A stretch of 64,000 nucleotides of DNA from Longimicrobiales bacterium (GCA_965204735.1 OZ242008.1:3040001-3104000), one strand, 5' to 3'. Counted from the stretch's first letter, positions 46,732 to 57,250 are shown. The notes: generated from the sequence alone by a model not told the origin. Numbers and translations are program-made.

Positions 46732-47817
46732 GTGAGCTCCGACTTCCCGAAGCGCCCAGGGCCCTCGACGAGCCCTGCGCGCCCCATCAGCAAGCGCGAC
46801 TTTCTCAAGACCGCCGGAGCGGGCGCGGCGGCCGCCGCCCTCGGAGCCTGCGGGAACGGCAACCCCATCCGCTGGAAGCTCCAGACCTACGCCGGCGCGC
46901 CGCTGGCCGAGCACGTCGTCAGGCCGATGATCGAGTCGTTCAACGCCGTCGCCAACGGCGAGATGGTGATCGAGCTGTACACGGCCGACGAGCTCGTGCC
47001 CACCGCCGAGCTGCTCCCTGCGATGCAGGAGGGCGTGCTGGACGCCGTGCAGAGCGACGACGACTCCATGCAGTCGCCTGCCGACGTGTCGATCTTCGGC
47101 GGCTACTTCCCCTTCGCGACCCGGTACAGCCTCGACGTGCCCGTGCTCTTCAACCAGTACGGGCTGCGGCGAATCTGGGAGGAATCGTACAGCTTGGTCG
47201 AGAACGTGACGTGGCTGAGCGCCGGCGCCTGGGACCCGTGCCACTTCAACACCGTCGAGCCGATCCGACGGTTGGCGGACCTGGACGGACTGCGGGTCTT
47301 CACCACGCCTACGGCGGGCGAGTTCCTGACGCGCTTCGGCGTCGTGCCAGTCACTCTCCCGTGGGACGACGTGGCGGAGGCGGTGAGCAGGGGCGACCTG
47401 GATGGCATCGCGTGGTCCGGGATCACGGAGGACTACTCGGTCGGCTGGGCGGACGTGACCAACTACTTCCTCACCAACAGCCTGTCGGGCGCGTGGTGCG
47501 GATCGTTCTTTGCCAACACCCAGTCGTGGGAGGCCGTTCCCAGCCACTTGCAGGAGCTGTTCCGCGTGTGCATGGACAGCTCGCACTACTACCGGCTCCA
47601 CTGGTACTGGGGCGGCGAGGCGCGTCTTCGCACGCAGGGCGAGAAGCTGGAGCTGACGTCGATCCCCGACGACGAGTGGCGGCGGGTGGAGGAAGAGGCG
47701 GTCAAGTTTTGGGACGAAGTCGCCGCGACCAGCCTCCGCGCCGCTCGAATCGTCGCCGTGCTCAAGGAGTACAACGAGACGATGGAGAAGGCCGGCCGTC
47801 CCTACCGCTGCTCGTGA
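46732..47817 (+). CDS. TRAP transporter substrate-binding protein (DctP family)
   Basis: AAGGAGG RBS; Tat-like SKRDFLK plus LGAC; WKLQTY, ELVPT..L..G.LD, DLDGLRVF, LDGIAWSG. Confidence 0.88.
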   Translation: MSSDFPKRPGPSTSPARPISKRDFLKTAGAGAAAAALGACGNGNPIRWKLQTYAGAPLAEHVVRPMIESFNAVANGEMVIELYTADELVPTAELLPAMQEGVLDAVQSDDDSMQSPADVSIFGGYFPFATRYSLDVPVLFNQYGLRRIWEESYSLVENVTWLSAGAWDPCHFNTVEPIRRLADLDGLRVFTTPTAGEFLTRFGVVPVTLPWDDVAEAVSRGDLDGIAWSGITEDYSVGWADVTNYFLTNSLSGAWCGSFFANTQSWEAVPSHLQELFRVCMDSSHYYRLHWYWGGEARLRTQGEKLELTSIPDDEWRRVEEEAVKFWDEVAATSLRAARIVAVLKEYNETMEKAGRPYRCS

Positions 47818-47832
47818 CGCGGTCGGCTCCGG

Positions 47833-48816
47833 TCAGCTCGGCAGCCTGAACCGCGTCAGCACCGGCAGGTGGTCGCTGGTGGTGTCCCGGTAGCGCGGCA
47901 CGTACTCGTCGACGCGGTACACCAGCGCCGAGCCGGCCTCGTACCAAGCCATCGCCTCGTCGGAGGCCAGGACGTGGTCGATCACGTCGTCGAAGCCCAG
48001 CACGGAAGTGGCGCCCCCCGCGCCCAACGTCGCCGTCGGGAAGACCCATTGGGGCGCGGCGTCGAGGAAGTTGCGGTACGGCGTGTCCCGCCCGCTGGCG
48101 ATCGATTCGTCCAGATCGTCGTTCCAGTCGCCCGGGACGAGGAGCGGCTCGGTGGGCCACGTCGCTTCCAGGTACTCCTCCAGCCCCTCGGACGCAGCGG
48201 CCCGTCGCTCCCACGAATCGGGCTCCGGGTTGGCCTTGGCGTGCAGCGCCAGCACGACCACGTCCTGGACGCCGCCGCCTGCCGAGACCCGCGCTCGCGC
48301 TTCCAGCGGAGGCCGCCCGGCGAACTCGTGGTTCAAGCCGCCTAGGACGATCCGGGCGTTCGCAAGCTCCACCACCGACCGCTTGTACACGAAGCCCACC
48401 TTGAGCTCGGAAGCGTGGTAGAAGGCGGCGCCGTCCGCCACCGCCGGGTCGTCGGCCAGCACTCCGTCGTAGCCGGGGAGCTCGGCCAGGAGGGCCGCGA
48501 AGGACTCGGCCGAGACCACTTCCTGCACCGCCCAAAGGTCGGCGTCGGCGCCGAGGATCACGTCCCGCACCCGCGCAAGCTGAAGGGGCTCGTCGATGGG
48601 CCCGGACGACATCGATCCAAAGAAGAGCAGGTTCCACGTCGCCACGTCGAAGGTGGCGTCGGTTCCCCTCGCGGGCACGGCGACGGGCGCGGGAAGTCCT
48701 GGCGGGTCCGGGGGCGGCGGGCCGGTCGGAGACGAGGGACCGCAGGCGGCCAAGGTCAGCAGCGGCGCCGCGAACGAACGCGCGGTCGGCCGAGGGCGCT
48801 CCGCCGCCTCTCTCAC
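47833..48816 (-). CDS. Endonuclease/exonuclease/phosphatase family lipoprotein
   Basis: Lipobox LAAC; ATWNL, AVQEV, LHAKA, GDWND, IDHV, SDHLPV. Confidence 0.9.
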   Translation of the reverse strand: MREAAERPRPTARSFAAPLLTLAACGPSSPTGPPPPDPPGLPAPVAVPARGTDATFDVATWNLLFFGSMSSGPIDEPLQLARVRDVILGADADLWAVQEVVSAESFAALLAELPGYDGVLADDPAVADGAAFYHASELKVGFVYKRSVVELANARIVLGGLNHEFAGRPPLEARARVSAGGGVQDVVVLALHAKANPEPDSWERRAAASEGLEEYLEATWPTEPLLVPGDWNDDLDESIASGRDTPYRNFLDAAPQWVFPTATLGAGGATSVLGFDDVIDHVLASDEAMAWYEAGSALVYRVDEYVPRYRDTTSDHLPVLTRFRLPS

Positions 48817-49259
48817 CAGGTCCCGCAGCTCGCAGCCAGCCGTTCCAAGGACAGTTTCCACCCCACCTCGTGGCCCTTTGCGGCCTCGTCCGACGGAAAC
48901 CCGCAATGGCTCAGCAGAACCTTCGTCCCGCCCTCCACCGCCCCGAACTCCACCGTGACGGTGGTGTCGACGCCCATCGCCTGGGGAGGCTCTCGCCAGT
49001 CCCACGTAAAGGCCAGCCGCAGGGGGCGAGCGATCTCCCGGTAGGCGCCGAACGCCGTGAACGCGCCGGCGCTGGTCTCCATGCGCACCGACCAGCTTCC
49101 TCCGGGCCGCAGGTCGTTGTCGGCAACGACGCGGGCCGTGGGATCGGGGCAGATCCAGCGGGCCACCTGCTCGGCGCTGCTCCAGGCGTCAAAGACGGCC
49201 TCCGGCGAAGCCGCGACGACCTGCGCCAGCTCGATCCGACGCGTCGGCTCGCCGTTCAT
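48813..49259 (-). CDS. SRPBCC/AHSA1 domain protein
   Basis: ASPEAVFDAW, DLRPGG.W, YREI..P.RL.FTW, T.VTVEF, GTKV.L.H, GW..SLERL. Confidence 0.9.
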   Translation of the reverse strand: MNGEPTRRIELAQVVAASPEAVFDAWSSAEQVARWICPDPTARVVADNDLRPGGSWSVRMETSAGAFTAFGAYREIARPLRLAFTWDWREPPQAMGVDTTVTVEFGAVEGGTKVLLSHCGFPSDEAAKGHEVGWKLSLERLAASCGTW

Positions 49260-49624
49260 GGCCCCCTGTCCTCCAGCCACTTCTTCCATGTCTCTTCGTC
49301 CACGCCGACCGTGAGCTTGTCGCCATGGCGCACCAGCGGAAGCCGCAGTATCAGCGGCTCCTCGCAGGCCACCTCCAGCCACCGCGAGTAGCCGTAGTGG
49401 ACCACATGGAGTCCGAGGGCCCGGGACCGCTTCGAGTTCCAGTCGATCATTGCATCGGCCCCGAACCTGTCGAAGAAGCGCCGCAGCTCGCCCTTCGCCG
49501 GGCCTCGCCGCCTGAAGTCCACGAAGTGAACCTGCACGCGGCGTTCCTGGAAGAAGCGCAGAGCCTTGCGCACTCCTGCGTCGCCTCGCGTGCCGAACAC
49601 TTGCACGGACGCCGGCTGGTTCAC
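49256..49624 (-). CDS. ArsC/Spx/MgsR family protein
   Basis: VQVFG..RKALRFF.ER, GELRRF, P.ILRLPLVR.G.KLTVG. Confidence 0.85.
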   Translation of the reverse strand: MNQPASVQVFGTRGDAGVRKALRFFQERRVQVHFVDFRRRGPAKGELRRFFDRFGADAMIDWNSKRSRALGLHVVHYGYSRWLEVACEEPLILRLPLVRHGDKLTVGVDEETWKKWLEDRGP

Positions 49625-50319
49625 TCGGCGAGCTTCCTGGCCAGGGCGTCCAGCACGCGGTGGAGCGACCGCCGTTGCCCGCCGAAGAGCCGCTTCCAGG
49701 GGACCAGGGCCGCCGTTGCGCCCCCGGCCAGCGCCAAGGGAACGACGACAAAGGGGGTCGCCGCCCCAATCGCCACGGCGAGCGCTCCCGTGGCGGCGGC
49801 AGAGATGGGACCCACCCCGAGCGTCATCACCATCAGCCCGTTGCGGTAGTTGCCCAGCGCCCGGAGGCGGGTCCGGTCGCCTTCCGGGCGGATCGACACG
49901 TACCGTCCGCCCAGCTCGTCGCTGGCCCGCCACTCGAAGCCCCCCAGGACCTCCTCGACAATGCCCTGCCGCGAGAACTCGGTGCGGATCACGTCAAGAA
50001 GCTCGGGGAGCCGCTCCGGATCCAGTCGCGTCTGCACGACCCGCTCCATCTGCACCGTCGGGGGCATTCCAAGGGCGGAACGGGCGGCCGCCGACAGACT
50101 CGATCGGGCGACCTTGCCTTGGTCCCCTGCCACGACGAGCGCCGCCGCCTCGTCGATCCGCGCGCCGTCGATCCCGGCCTCCGCTCCGATCTCCCGCAGC
50201 TCGGTCAGCGTCAGCCCCCTGCCTGGATCGTCCCCGACGGCGCAAGCCCTCTCGCTCGCCTCCGCCGCATGTCGCAGGATGAGACCTGCTTCCTCGTCGT
50301 CGTACCGCCGCTCGCTCAC
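49621..50319 (-). CDS. Hypothetical membrane protein
   Basis: RRYDDEEAGLILRHAAE..GLTLTELREIGAEAGID N-terminus; two C-terminal TM helices; coupled start/stop overlaps. Confidence 0.8.
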   Translation of the reverse strand: MSERRYDDEEAGLILRHAAEASERACAVGDDPGRGLTLTELREIGAEAGIDGARIDEAAALVVAGDQGKVARSSLSAAARSALGMPPTVQMERVVQTRLDPERLPELLDVIRTEFSRQGIVEEVLGGFEWRASDELGGRYVSIRPEGDRTRLRALGNYRNGLMVMTLGVGPISAAATGALAVAIGAATPFVVVPLALAGGATAALVPWKRLFGGQRRSLHRVLDALARKLAE

Positions 50320-53105
50320 TGGTTCCGCCCCGACCCCGAACGACGGGAACCACGACGGAGGCCGCCGTCGCCGCCGGCCAGCGAGCGCAGTCGCGCTTCC
50401 GCTTGGTCGAAGCGCTCCGTCAAGCGCGGGATGGGCGCGTCGCCGTAGCCGGCGACCAGTCGGGCTCGCGACGCCTGGAGGACCTCCAGCAGCTCTGCCG
50501 CCGCCTGCCGACGCGCCTCGGGGTCGGTGCTGCCGCGCTCGCCGATCCAAACCGGGGCCGTGTGGGCGAACGGGGCCGTGTCCATCGACGGCCAGCGGGT
50601 CGTGCCGCCCCTGGCCCGCGCCGCGACCCATCCGCCGGCGGGCAGCTCGACCGTTCCCGCGTACGATCGCCGCCCGGGCTGGGCGATGCCCTCCTGGGCA
50701 AAGACCACTTGGCCGTTCACCAGCACTTCCACCGTGTCCACCTCCGTCGCCGTCGCCACTTCCAGCGACCACCGCGCGGGGCCGCTCGCCACGACGCCGC
50801 CGGGACCCGCGCCGCTGCGGTCGGCGTTGCGGGAACGAGGGGCCGCCCGGTCCTCTCCGCCGACCCGAAACTCCAGGAAGGGACCGTTGGTGACGAACGA
50901 ACGGCCTTCGCGCAGCGCGTCCAAGTAGGTCGGCCAGTCGAGGGCGCCGCCGGTGTCGACATAGACCCGCGTGACGCCCACGGCCATTGTGCGGTAGAAG
51001 TTCAGCATGACGTCCGTGCCTGCCGAGGGCGCCACCGCGACTCCCAGGTTCAGGAAGCGGCGCCAGAGGGCCGCGGTCCCCTCGAAGCTGCTCCACAGGC
51101 ACATGACCTCGAGCGCGTCCACGTCGCCCAGCACTGCGTCGGCGACCAGCTCGACCGGCACCCTCGCCCTGTTCGACTCCGCAAAGGGGTCGGCGACTCC
51201 CACTGGGTGGACGTAGTAGCCGATCCCTCCATGGCGTCGCCCGAAGGCGAGCGCTTCCGCGTTGGTCCTGTCGTCGCTCCCGTAGACCTCGTACCCAGGT
51301 CCCCACACCCACGGCCAGTGGAGCTCGGGCACCCCGATCAGCCCGACGTGTCCCAGGAAGTGCGAGCGGATCTCCTGGCCGAAGCGGATCAGCGGCGGGC
51401 CGTCCGACTTCTGCCACCCCCACAGGTCCTGGTCCTCGTAGCGGTTGTGAAGGTTGGCCAGCAGGGGCGTCGCCACGTCCAGCGCCTCGCCCCGCATCTT
51501 CAGCGTCATGTCCGACGGCGCCAGGTCGTAGGGGCCGCCGTAGTTGAGGTGGAAGTGGTGGTCGCCCGACATCCACCCGGCCTCGCGCGCGTCCCACACT
51601 GGGGCCAGCTCGAGCACGACCTCGGTCGCTTCGCCCGCCCGCGCCGTCACCGTCTTCCTCGCCTCCGGCGTCGCCAAGCCCTGCACCGCCGACACCTCGA
51701 CCTCGGCAACCCCGGCGACGTCCGTGGGAACCAGGACCTCCGCCAACCCGGAAGTGTAGAAGAAGACGCGCCCGCTAGCGCCGTCGAAGTGGGCTGCGCC
51801 GTGCTCCGGGGCGAAGGAATGACCGGATGCGTCCACGACGTTGAGACGAGCCGGCGTCATGCCTTCCCGAACTCCGTCGCCCGACCGCTCTTCCGGGCCG
51901 ACGCCGCTCGTTCTCGGACCGACGGCGCCCTGGCCGTCGGGCCGCCCGGAACTCCGGGTCCGAATCCGCAGCCTCGCCACCCCCGCTCCCCACTCCCACA
52001 CGCCGACCGCCACGTCCTCCACCGCTCCGCCGACGGCGCGCACCCGCTTCAGCCCCATCGTCTCCGTCTCGTCGGCCTGCGCGAAGTACACCCACGCCGC
52101 ATCGGGACTCCAAGCGGGCGCAAGGGGCGGGCCGCCCGGCGCCGCTTCGCCGGCGTCCGGCCGACCACCGTCCCGTCCAGTCCTGGCCAGCACCACCGGC
52201 GACCAGGGCTGTTCGACGCCGTGCAACCGCAGCTCCCAGCCGTCGCCCCCGCTGGACGGCCAGCCGACCGCAACCAGATTCCCGGCGGGATCCAAGGCGG
52301 GCCGCGCCATAGACGCGATGTCGCCCACCACGAGAGCGCGGACCTCCGCGTCGCTCCGGGACCGCACTTCGACCCGGTCGCCGCCGCGCTTTGCCAGCAC
52401 CAGGAAGCGCTCTCCGTCCGGGAAGGGCTGGGACCGCATCTCGATCCCGGGGTCGGCCGTGAGCTGCACGGCGGACGCCGCCGCGTTGGGGACCGTCTCC
52501 GGGCTCGCGGGCGCCCCGCGAGGGGATGCCGCCGGCGGGGTCGCGTCGTTCGCCATCGACACGGTCCATACGTCCAAGGTGCCGCCGCTCCCCGACGTGT
52601 AGTACAGCGTCCGTCCGTCCGCCGACCACGCCGGGTCCAGGTCGAGCGCCGGGGTGTCCACGACGGCCGCTTCCCGCCCGGACTCGCCGTCCACGACCAC
52701 GATCCACGTGTCGCTCCCGTCGTCCCGCACGAAAGCGAGCCGGTCGCCCGACGGAGCCCAGGCGGGGCGAAAGTCCAGCCCGCCGCCCTTTGTGAGCCGG
52801 CGGGCCGTCCGCGATTCGAGGTCCATCACCCATATCCATCCCCGCGCCGAGAAGGCGATCCGCCGCCCGTCGGGGGCCGGCGCAGGATCCGTCGGTCCCG
52901 TGGTCAGAATCGGCAGCTCGTACCCCTCCAGGTACACGTGGTGACCGTACCCCTGCACGCGAGGGTACCGGTTCTGCCATTGCGCCGCCCCGGGCGGGGC
53001 GGCCGCGGCCACGGCGAGAGCTCCAACCAGGAAGCGCGCCCCGGCCACCGCCGTCGCGGCCGCCAAGCGTCTGGCACGCGGGACCCCACTCTCTTCAGCG
53101 CTCAT
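50316..53105 (-). CDS. PD40/TolB-repeat protein fused to CehA/McbA-like (PHP-type) metallohydrolase
   Basis: PD40 repeats (PAWAPSG, PAWSADG); GWMSGDHHFH, GQEIRS..GH, YVHP, AGTD, GRSFVTNGP, FAHTAPVW. Confidence 0.88.
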   Translation of the reverse strand: MSAEESGVPRARRLAAATAVAGARFLVGALAVAAAAPPGAAQWQNRYPRVQGYGHHVYLEGYELPILTTGPTDPAPAPDGRRIAFSARGWIWVMDLESRTARRLTKGGGLDFRPAWAPSGDRLAFVRDDGSDTWIVVVDGESGREAAVVDTPALDLDPAWSADGRTLYYTSGSGGTLDVWTVSMANDATPPAASPRGAPASPETVPNAAASAVQLTADPGIEMRSQPFPDGERFLVLAKRGGDRVEVRSRSDAEVRALVVGDIASMARPALDPAGNLVAVGWPSSGGDGWELRLHGVEQPWSPVVLARTGRDGGRPDAGEAAPGGPPLAPAWSPDAAWVYFAQADETETMGLKRVRAVGGAVEDVAVGVWEWGAGVARLRIRTRSSGRPDGQGAVGPRTSGVGPEERSGDGVREGMTPARLNVVDASGHSFAPEHGAAHFDGASGRVFFYTSGLAEVLVPTDVAGVAEVEVSAVQGLATPEARKTVTARAGEATEVVLELAPVWDAREAGWMSGDHHFHLNYGGPYDLAPSDMTLKMRGEALDVATPLLANLHNRYEDQDLWGWQKSDGPPLIRFGQEIRSHFLGHVGLIGVPELHWPWVWGPGYEVYGSDDRTNAEALAFGRRHGGIGYYVHPVGVADPFAESNRARVPVELVADAVLGDVDALEVMCLWSSFEGTAALWRRFLNLGVAVAPSAGTDVMLNFYRTMAVGVTRVYVDTGGALDWPTYLDALREGRSFVTNGPFLEFRVGGEDRAAPRSRNADRSGAGPGGVVASGPARWSLEVATATEVDTVEVLVNGQVVFAQEGIAQPGRRSYAGTVELPAGGWVAARARGGTTRWPSMDTAPFAHTAPVWIGERGSTDPEARRQAAAELLEVLQASRARLVAGYGDAPIPRLTERFDQAEARLRSLAGGDGGLRRGSRRSGSGRNQ

Positions 53106-53263
53106 GCTCCACCCTCCTTGGTCGGGCAACGCCCTTCGCCGCCGAGCCTCCGTGCAGGTTCTCTTCCTTGCCCCGCCCCGTCATCTTGACACGCGTTCTT
53201 CTAGAAAGCGACACTCTACCGAACGCATCTCGCTTTCGCACTCGACCCGCAGAGGGCCCGCCC

Positions 53264-53806
53264 ATGTCCGCCACGCGTCTTCCTGCTTGCGTCGCAGCAA
53301 CGCTTCTGGCGCTTCTTGTCGGGGCGCCGGCGAGCGCCCAAGACGCCGAAGGCGGCGCCCGCAGCCCTGCCGATCCCGACCCTCGGGGCAACGTCTTCCA
53401 CGACGGCTCCGCTCTTCCGTGGGGCGAGCCCAGCGACGGCGTCCGCTTCCTGCCGCTGTACGGAACGGACTACTCGGCGGCGGGCCGGCCCTTCGCCTTT
53501 CGCCTCCACGTGCAGCCGGGCTTCGAGCTCGGACCCCACACCCATCCGGTGACCGAGCACATCACGATCTTGTCGGGAACCCTGTTCGTCGGGTTGGGCG
53601 AAGCCATGGACAGGGAGGCCGCGACGCCCTATGGTCCAGGCAGCTACCTGGCGATCGGCGCCGACGTGCCCGCGTTCATGTGGAGCGAAGAGGCGACGAT
53701 CGTGCAGGTGCACGGAGTCGGCCCCTTCGCCACCCAGTTCGTCGAGTCTCCGGGCGAACGCGACGCGCCCGAGCCGCGGGGCCGGCCCGCCCGCCCAGGA
53801 AAGTGA
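53264..53806 (+). CDS. Secreted cupin-domain protein
   Basis: Signal peptide; PHTHPVTEHITILSGTLFVG.GE, PGSY, VQVHGVGPF. Confidence 0.85.
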   Translation: MSATRLPACVAATLLALLVGAPASAQDAEGGARSPADPDPRGNVFHDGSALPWGEPSDGVRFLPLYGTDYSAAGRPFAFRLHVQPGFELGPHTHPVTEHITILSGTLFVGLGEAMDREAATPYGPGSYLAIGADVPAFMWSEEATIVQVHGVGPFATQFVESPGERDAPEPRGRPARPGK

Positions 53807-54477
53807 ATCGACGCTCGGTGCCAACGTCGGCTTCGGGCCGGCGGCGTCCGTCGGCGCCGGTGCCCGCGTGGGCGCTCGCGCTCGCGCTCGCAACGACCGT
53901 CCTTCTGTCCCAGGCGGCCTGCGCCGTGTCCGACCCGCCGACTCTGGGGAAGGGCGACCCGGCTCCCGAGTTCTCCACCGTGTCCCTGAAGGGCGGTCGC
54001 TCGCTCTCGTTGGCCGAGTACCGGGGCGGCGCCCTCCTCGTCAACCTTTGGGCGACTTGGTGCGGCCCCTGCAAGACCGAGACGCCGTACCTGCAGTCTC
54101 TCTACGAGGAACACCAGGGCCGCGGCCTGCGCATTCTGGGCGTCTCCGTCGATCGACACGCGGACTTGCATGCGGTGGCCGACTTCGTCGAGGAAATGGG
54201 CGTCGAGTACGACATCGGCCTCGACCCGTCCGCCGTCTCCCGCGAAGCGTTTCGGGCCCCTGGCCTGCCAACGTCGGTCTTGATCGACCGCGAGGGCGTC
54301 GTCGCCTTCAGCTGGATCGGTCCGATCTCCGAAGGGGACCCCACCTTCCTGGCCGGACTGGAAGACACGTTGCGCCGCGGCCACGACGCCACCAGCGACG
54401 ACCGCCGGACCACCCCTGCGAAGCGCGCCTCCGCCTTGCCCCTTCCACGAAGTCCAACCGCAGGAACGATCCCATGA
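53803..54477 (+). CDS. TlpA/ResA family thiol-disulfide reductase
   Basis: APEF, LVNLWATWCGPC, GVSVD, GLPTSVLIDREG. Confidence 0.92.
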   Translation: MNRRSVPTSASGRRRPSAPVPAWALALALATTVLLSQAACAVSDPPTLGKGDPAPEFSTVSLKGGRSLSLAEYRGGALLVNLWATWCGPCKTETPYLQSLYEEHQGRGLRILGVSVDRHADLHAVADFVEEMGVEYDIGLDPSAVSREAFRAPGLPTSVLIDREGVVAFSWIGPISEGDPTFLAGLEDTLRRGHDATSDDRRTTPAKRASALPLPRSPTAGTIP

Positions 54478-56255
54478 CGATTACTACGGCGTCCCTCGCC
54501 CTTGCCCTTCTGCAAGTTCCCCAGCTGCCGCCCGCCGTCCACTACGGGGAGTACGCCGTGGGCACGACGACCGGCGTCGCAGTGGACGCTCGCCAGCGCT
54601 TCGACCCATGGGGCGCCGCTTACGGCCGACCCCAGTACCGCGCCATGGTGCGGCGCGTCGAGGCCAGCGGCCAAAGACGCGCGGTGGTCTTCCAGCTGTG
54701 GTATCCGGCAACGCCCGCGAGCGGCGCGATGCGGCTGGACGGTCCGCGGTCGCCCTTCCCGGCGGCCAGCGGGCGACGCGCCAACTACTACGACCTCTTC
54801 TTTCAGGAAGCGGGGATGGCGCACGAGACCCTCGTCCAGCTCGCCCCCGAGCTCGTGCACGTTCGGGGCGGAGGCACGCTGGCGGACGCCGCGACCGAGG
54901 AACGGCGGGCCGCCATGGACGAGCTGTCCGAACTCGTCGCCGGCAAGCTCCTCGGAGGGTGGCAGGACGCGCGGCCGGCGGACGGCGCGTTTCCGGTGAT
55001 CGTGCTCGCTCACGGGTTGAGCGGCCACCACGCCCTGTGGGTCTCGCTGGCCGAGTTCCTGGCGTCGCGCGGCTACGTGGTGGCGGCGCCCACGTTCGTT
55101 TCCGACGGAACCGCGGCCATGGTCTTCCACGACGAGGACTCGCCGTACGCCAGACAGGCGTCGCCCGAGGAGTTGCGACGCACCTACCGGCTCCTGGCCT
55201 TCGAGCCCAAGGTCGTTCCCTACTTCTTCCGCCTGCTCTTCGACTACGAAGGCGACGAGGTGTTTCCGTCCCCGGAGGCATACGGACCGGACGGGGAGAA
55301 GATCGCCCCCGGCGGCGTCGAGCGCGCCACCACCATGATGCGCAACCTCTTCCGCCAGCGCGTTTCCGACATGGGGCTCGTGCTCCACACGACGCGCCTG
55401 CTGGGCGCGGACCGGGAGAGTTGCGCAACGGCCCTGGCGGCGATGGGCGCCACCAGCGCCGCGCGGAACTTGTGCGGTCTTCTGACGGGGCGCATCGCCG
55501 ACGGCCCGGCCGGAGTCGGCGGGCACTCCCTGGGATCGATGACCGCCCACTTCGCCGCCGACGCCTTGCCCGACGTGGCCGCCTCCCTGGGCTTCAACAA
55601 CGGCCCGCCGTTCAAGTGGACGCCCGAAGAGATGCTGGCCGGCGAGGCCACGGAGGAAGGGCTGCCGGGGGGCGCCCGCAAGCCCCTGCTGCTGATGATC
55701 GGCGACGAGGACGCCTTCGTGCAGTCGGTGTTCATGGGCCTCTTCCAGTCCAGGGTGAGACGAGCCGGCGGAGACCCTGCGGAGGCGTTCCCCTTGGAGC
55801 CCGAGCGCGCGCTCCCCGACCGCGACAACCCGCAGCCCGTGGCCCTGAGCACGTGGCGACGCGCGCTGTCGGACCGGGTGCTGGTCACCGTCGGCGACGT
55901 GGACCACAGCGTCTTGGTGGAGGACTTGATGCGGGACGTGCCGTGGCCCGCCTTCGAACGAGGCGAACTCCCGTTCGGAATCGGTGCGGAGCGGCGGCGG
56001 AAGCCGACCGGGGGCGCGGCCATGGACGCCGACCCCGAGCCCGGCGAACGCTACGACCTGCTGGGATGGGCCTCCGTCGAGGGCCCGGGCGACGCCGGCG
56101 GCGACGGCGAAGCGTACCTTCCCCATGTGGTGCGGGACTGGTACGCCCTGACGTGGTTCGACTGGCACCTCAAGGGCGACCAGGAGGCGCGGCGCAGGCT
56201 GGCCGGCGAAGACCCCTTCGGCGCGCTGACCTCGGTTCGCCGGGAGTTTCGGTAG
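54474..56255 (+). CDS. Alpha/beta hydrolase (PAF-acetylhydrolase-like)
   Basis: G.YAVG, QLWYPA, FPVIVLAHG, LASRGYVVAAP, GHSLG, DH. Confidence 0.82.
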   Translation: MTITTASLALALLQVPQLPPAVHYGEYAVGTTTGVAVDARQRFDPWGAAYGRPQYRAMVRRVEASGQRRAVVFQLWYPATPASGAMRLDGPRSPFPAASGRRANYYDLFFQEAGMAHETLVQLAPELVHVRGGGTLADAATEERRAAMDELSELVAGKLLGGWQDARPADGAFPVIVLAHGLSGHHALWVSLAEFLASRGYVVAAPTFVSDGTAAMVFHDEDSPYARQASPEELRRTYRLLAFEPKVVPYFFRLLFDYEGDEVFPSPEAYGPDGEKIAPGGVERATTMMRNLFRQRVSDMGLVLHTTRLLGADRESCATALAAMGATSAARNLCGLLTGRIADGPAGVGGHSLGSMTAHFAADALPDVAASLGFNNGPPFKWTPEEMLAGEATEEGLPGGARKPLLLMIGDEDAFVQSVFMGLFQSRVRRAGGDPAEAFPLEPERALPDRDNPQPVALSTWRRALSDRVLVTVGDVDHSVLVEDLMRDVPWPAFERGELPFGIGAERRRKPTGGAAMDADPEPGERYDLLGWASVEGPGDAGGDGEAYLPHVVRDWYALTWFDWHLKGDQEARRRLAGEDPFGALTSVRREFR

Positions 56256-56292
56256 GGGGCAAGCCGGCGCCCCCGGCGAGGGCGGCTTCTCC

Positions 56293-56637
56293 CTACTGCT
56301 CGGGTTCTCCTGCTGCTCCTTGGGCGTCGCCCAACCCGTCCCCGTCCCCTCGCTTCTGCTGCCGCCCGGCCCGCTTCCGCAGCCACGCCCCCACCCCCGC
56401 CACCAGCCCCAGCGGCAGCAGCGTCAGCAGGCCCGTCGTGGCCAGGAAGGCGATCCGCGCCTCGTCGTCCCGGTCGAAGCACACCGGACAGGCATGAAGC
56501 GCCTCCGGCCAGAGGGCGACCATCAGTCCCGCCGAGCCGCAGCAAGCCGCAAGCGCGCCGAGGGCCGCGCGCCGACTCGAACCGCTTGGCGCCGCACTGC
56601 CCGCGCCGCCGTCCCCGAACTCCCGTCCGCCGGTCAC
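56293..56637 (-). CDS. Small membrane protein with ACPVC motif (oxidase operon accessory)
   Basis: HACPVCF between hydrophobic helices; GTG overlaps upstream stop. Confidence 0.7.
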   Translation of the reverse strand: MTGGREFGDGGAGSAAPSGSSRRAALGALAACCGSAGLMVALWPEALHACPVCFDRDDEARIAFLATTGLLTLLPLGLVAGVGAWLRKRAGRQQKRGDGDGLGDAQGAAGEPEQ

Positions 56638-57230
56638 AGGTACACCTGGACGTAGAGGACCGGCCACACTGCCACCACGAAGTACCAGAAGAGCGCCACG
56701 GTGGAGAGCGTTTCCTTGGCGAGCCGCCCGGCGCGGAGCCTTGCCGTCGCCCAGCCCAGCGCGCAGAGCGCAACCACGGCGTGGACGGCGTGGGCGCCGA
56801 TGATCGTGTAGAAGAGGCTCCCGTAGGTGGACGACGTGAGGGTGAGGCCTTCCGCCAGCAGGGCGACCCACTCGACGCCCTGAAGCGCCACGAAGGCGGC
56901 CCCCAGAAGCGTCGCGGCCAGAAGGAGTCCGCCGACTCGAGGCTTGCCCTTCTCGTGCAGTCGGTGCGCGACCAGGAGGAGGAGCCCGCTCAAGACGAGG
57001 GCGCTGGTGTTGACCGCGGTCCGCTCGAAGGGAAGGCGGGGCTGGTTCGGCGGGGGCCAGACCGAGCCCGGGGCGCGGGACTTCACGATCACGTACGCCG
57101 AGACGAACCCGGCGAAGAGCATGACCTCCACGAAGACGACGAGGATCATTCCCAGCACGCCGTTCGACACCAGCTTCTCCGGCTTGCTCGGCCGGGGCCG
57201 GAAGCGGAGGACGGTGGCGTCGGCGACCAT
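56634..57230 (-). CDS. Cytochrome c oxidase subunit III-like (second copy)
   Basis: EVMLFAG, NT..L..SG, Q.VEW, YGSLFY..GAHAVH, FWYFVV.VW. Confidence 0.9.
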   Translation of the reverse strand: MVADATVLRFRPRPSKPEKLVSNGVLGMILVVFVEVMLFAGFVSAYVIVKSRAPGSVWPPPNQPRLPFERTAVNTSALVLSGLLLLVAHRLHEKGKPRVGGLLLAATLLGAAFVALQGVEWVALLAEGLTLTSSTYGSLFYTIIGAHAVHAVVALCALGWATARLRAGRLAKETLSTVALFWYFVVAVWPVLYVQVYL

Positions 57231-57250
57231 TCGGCTTCCGGCGCGCGCGA

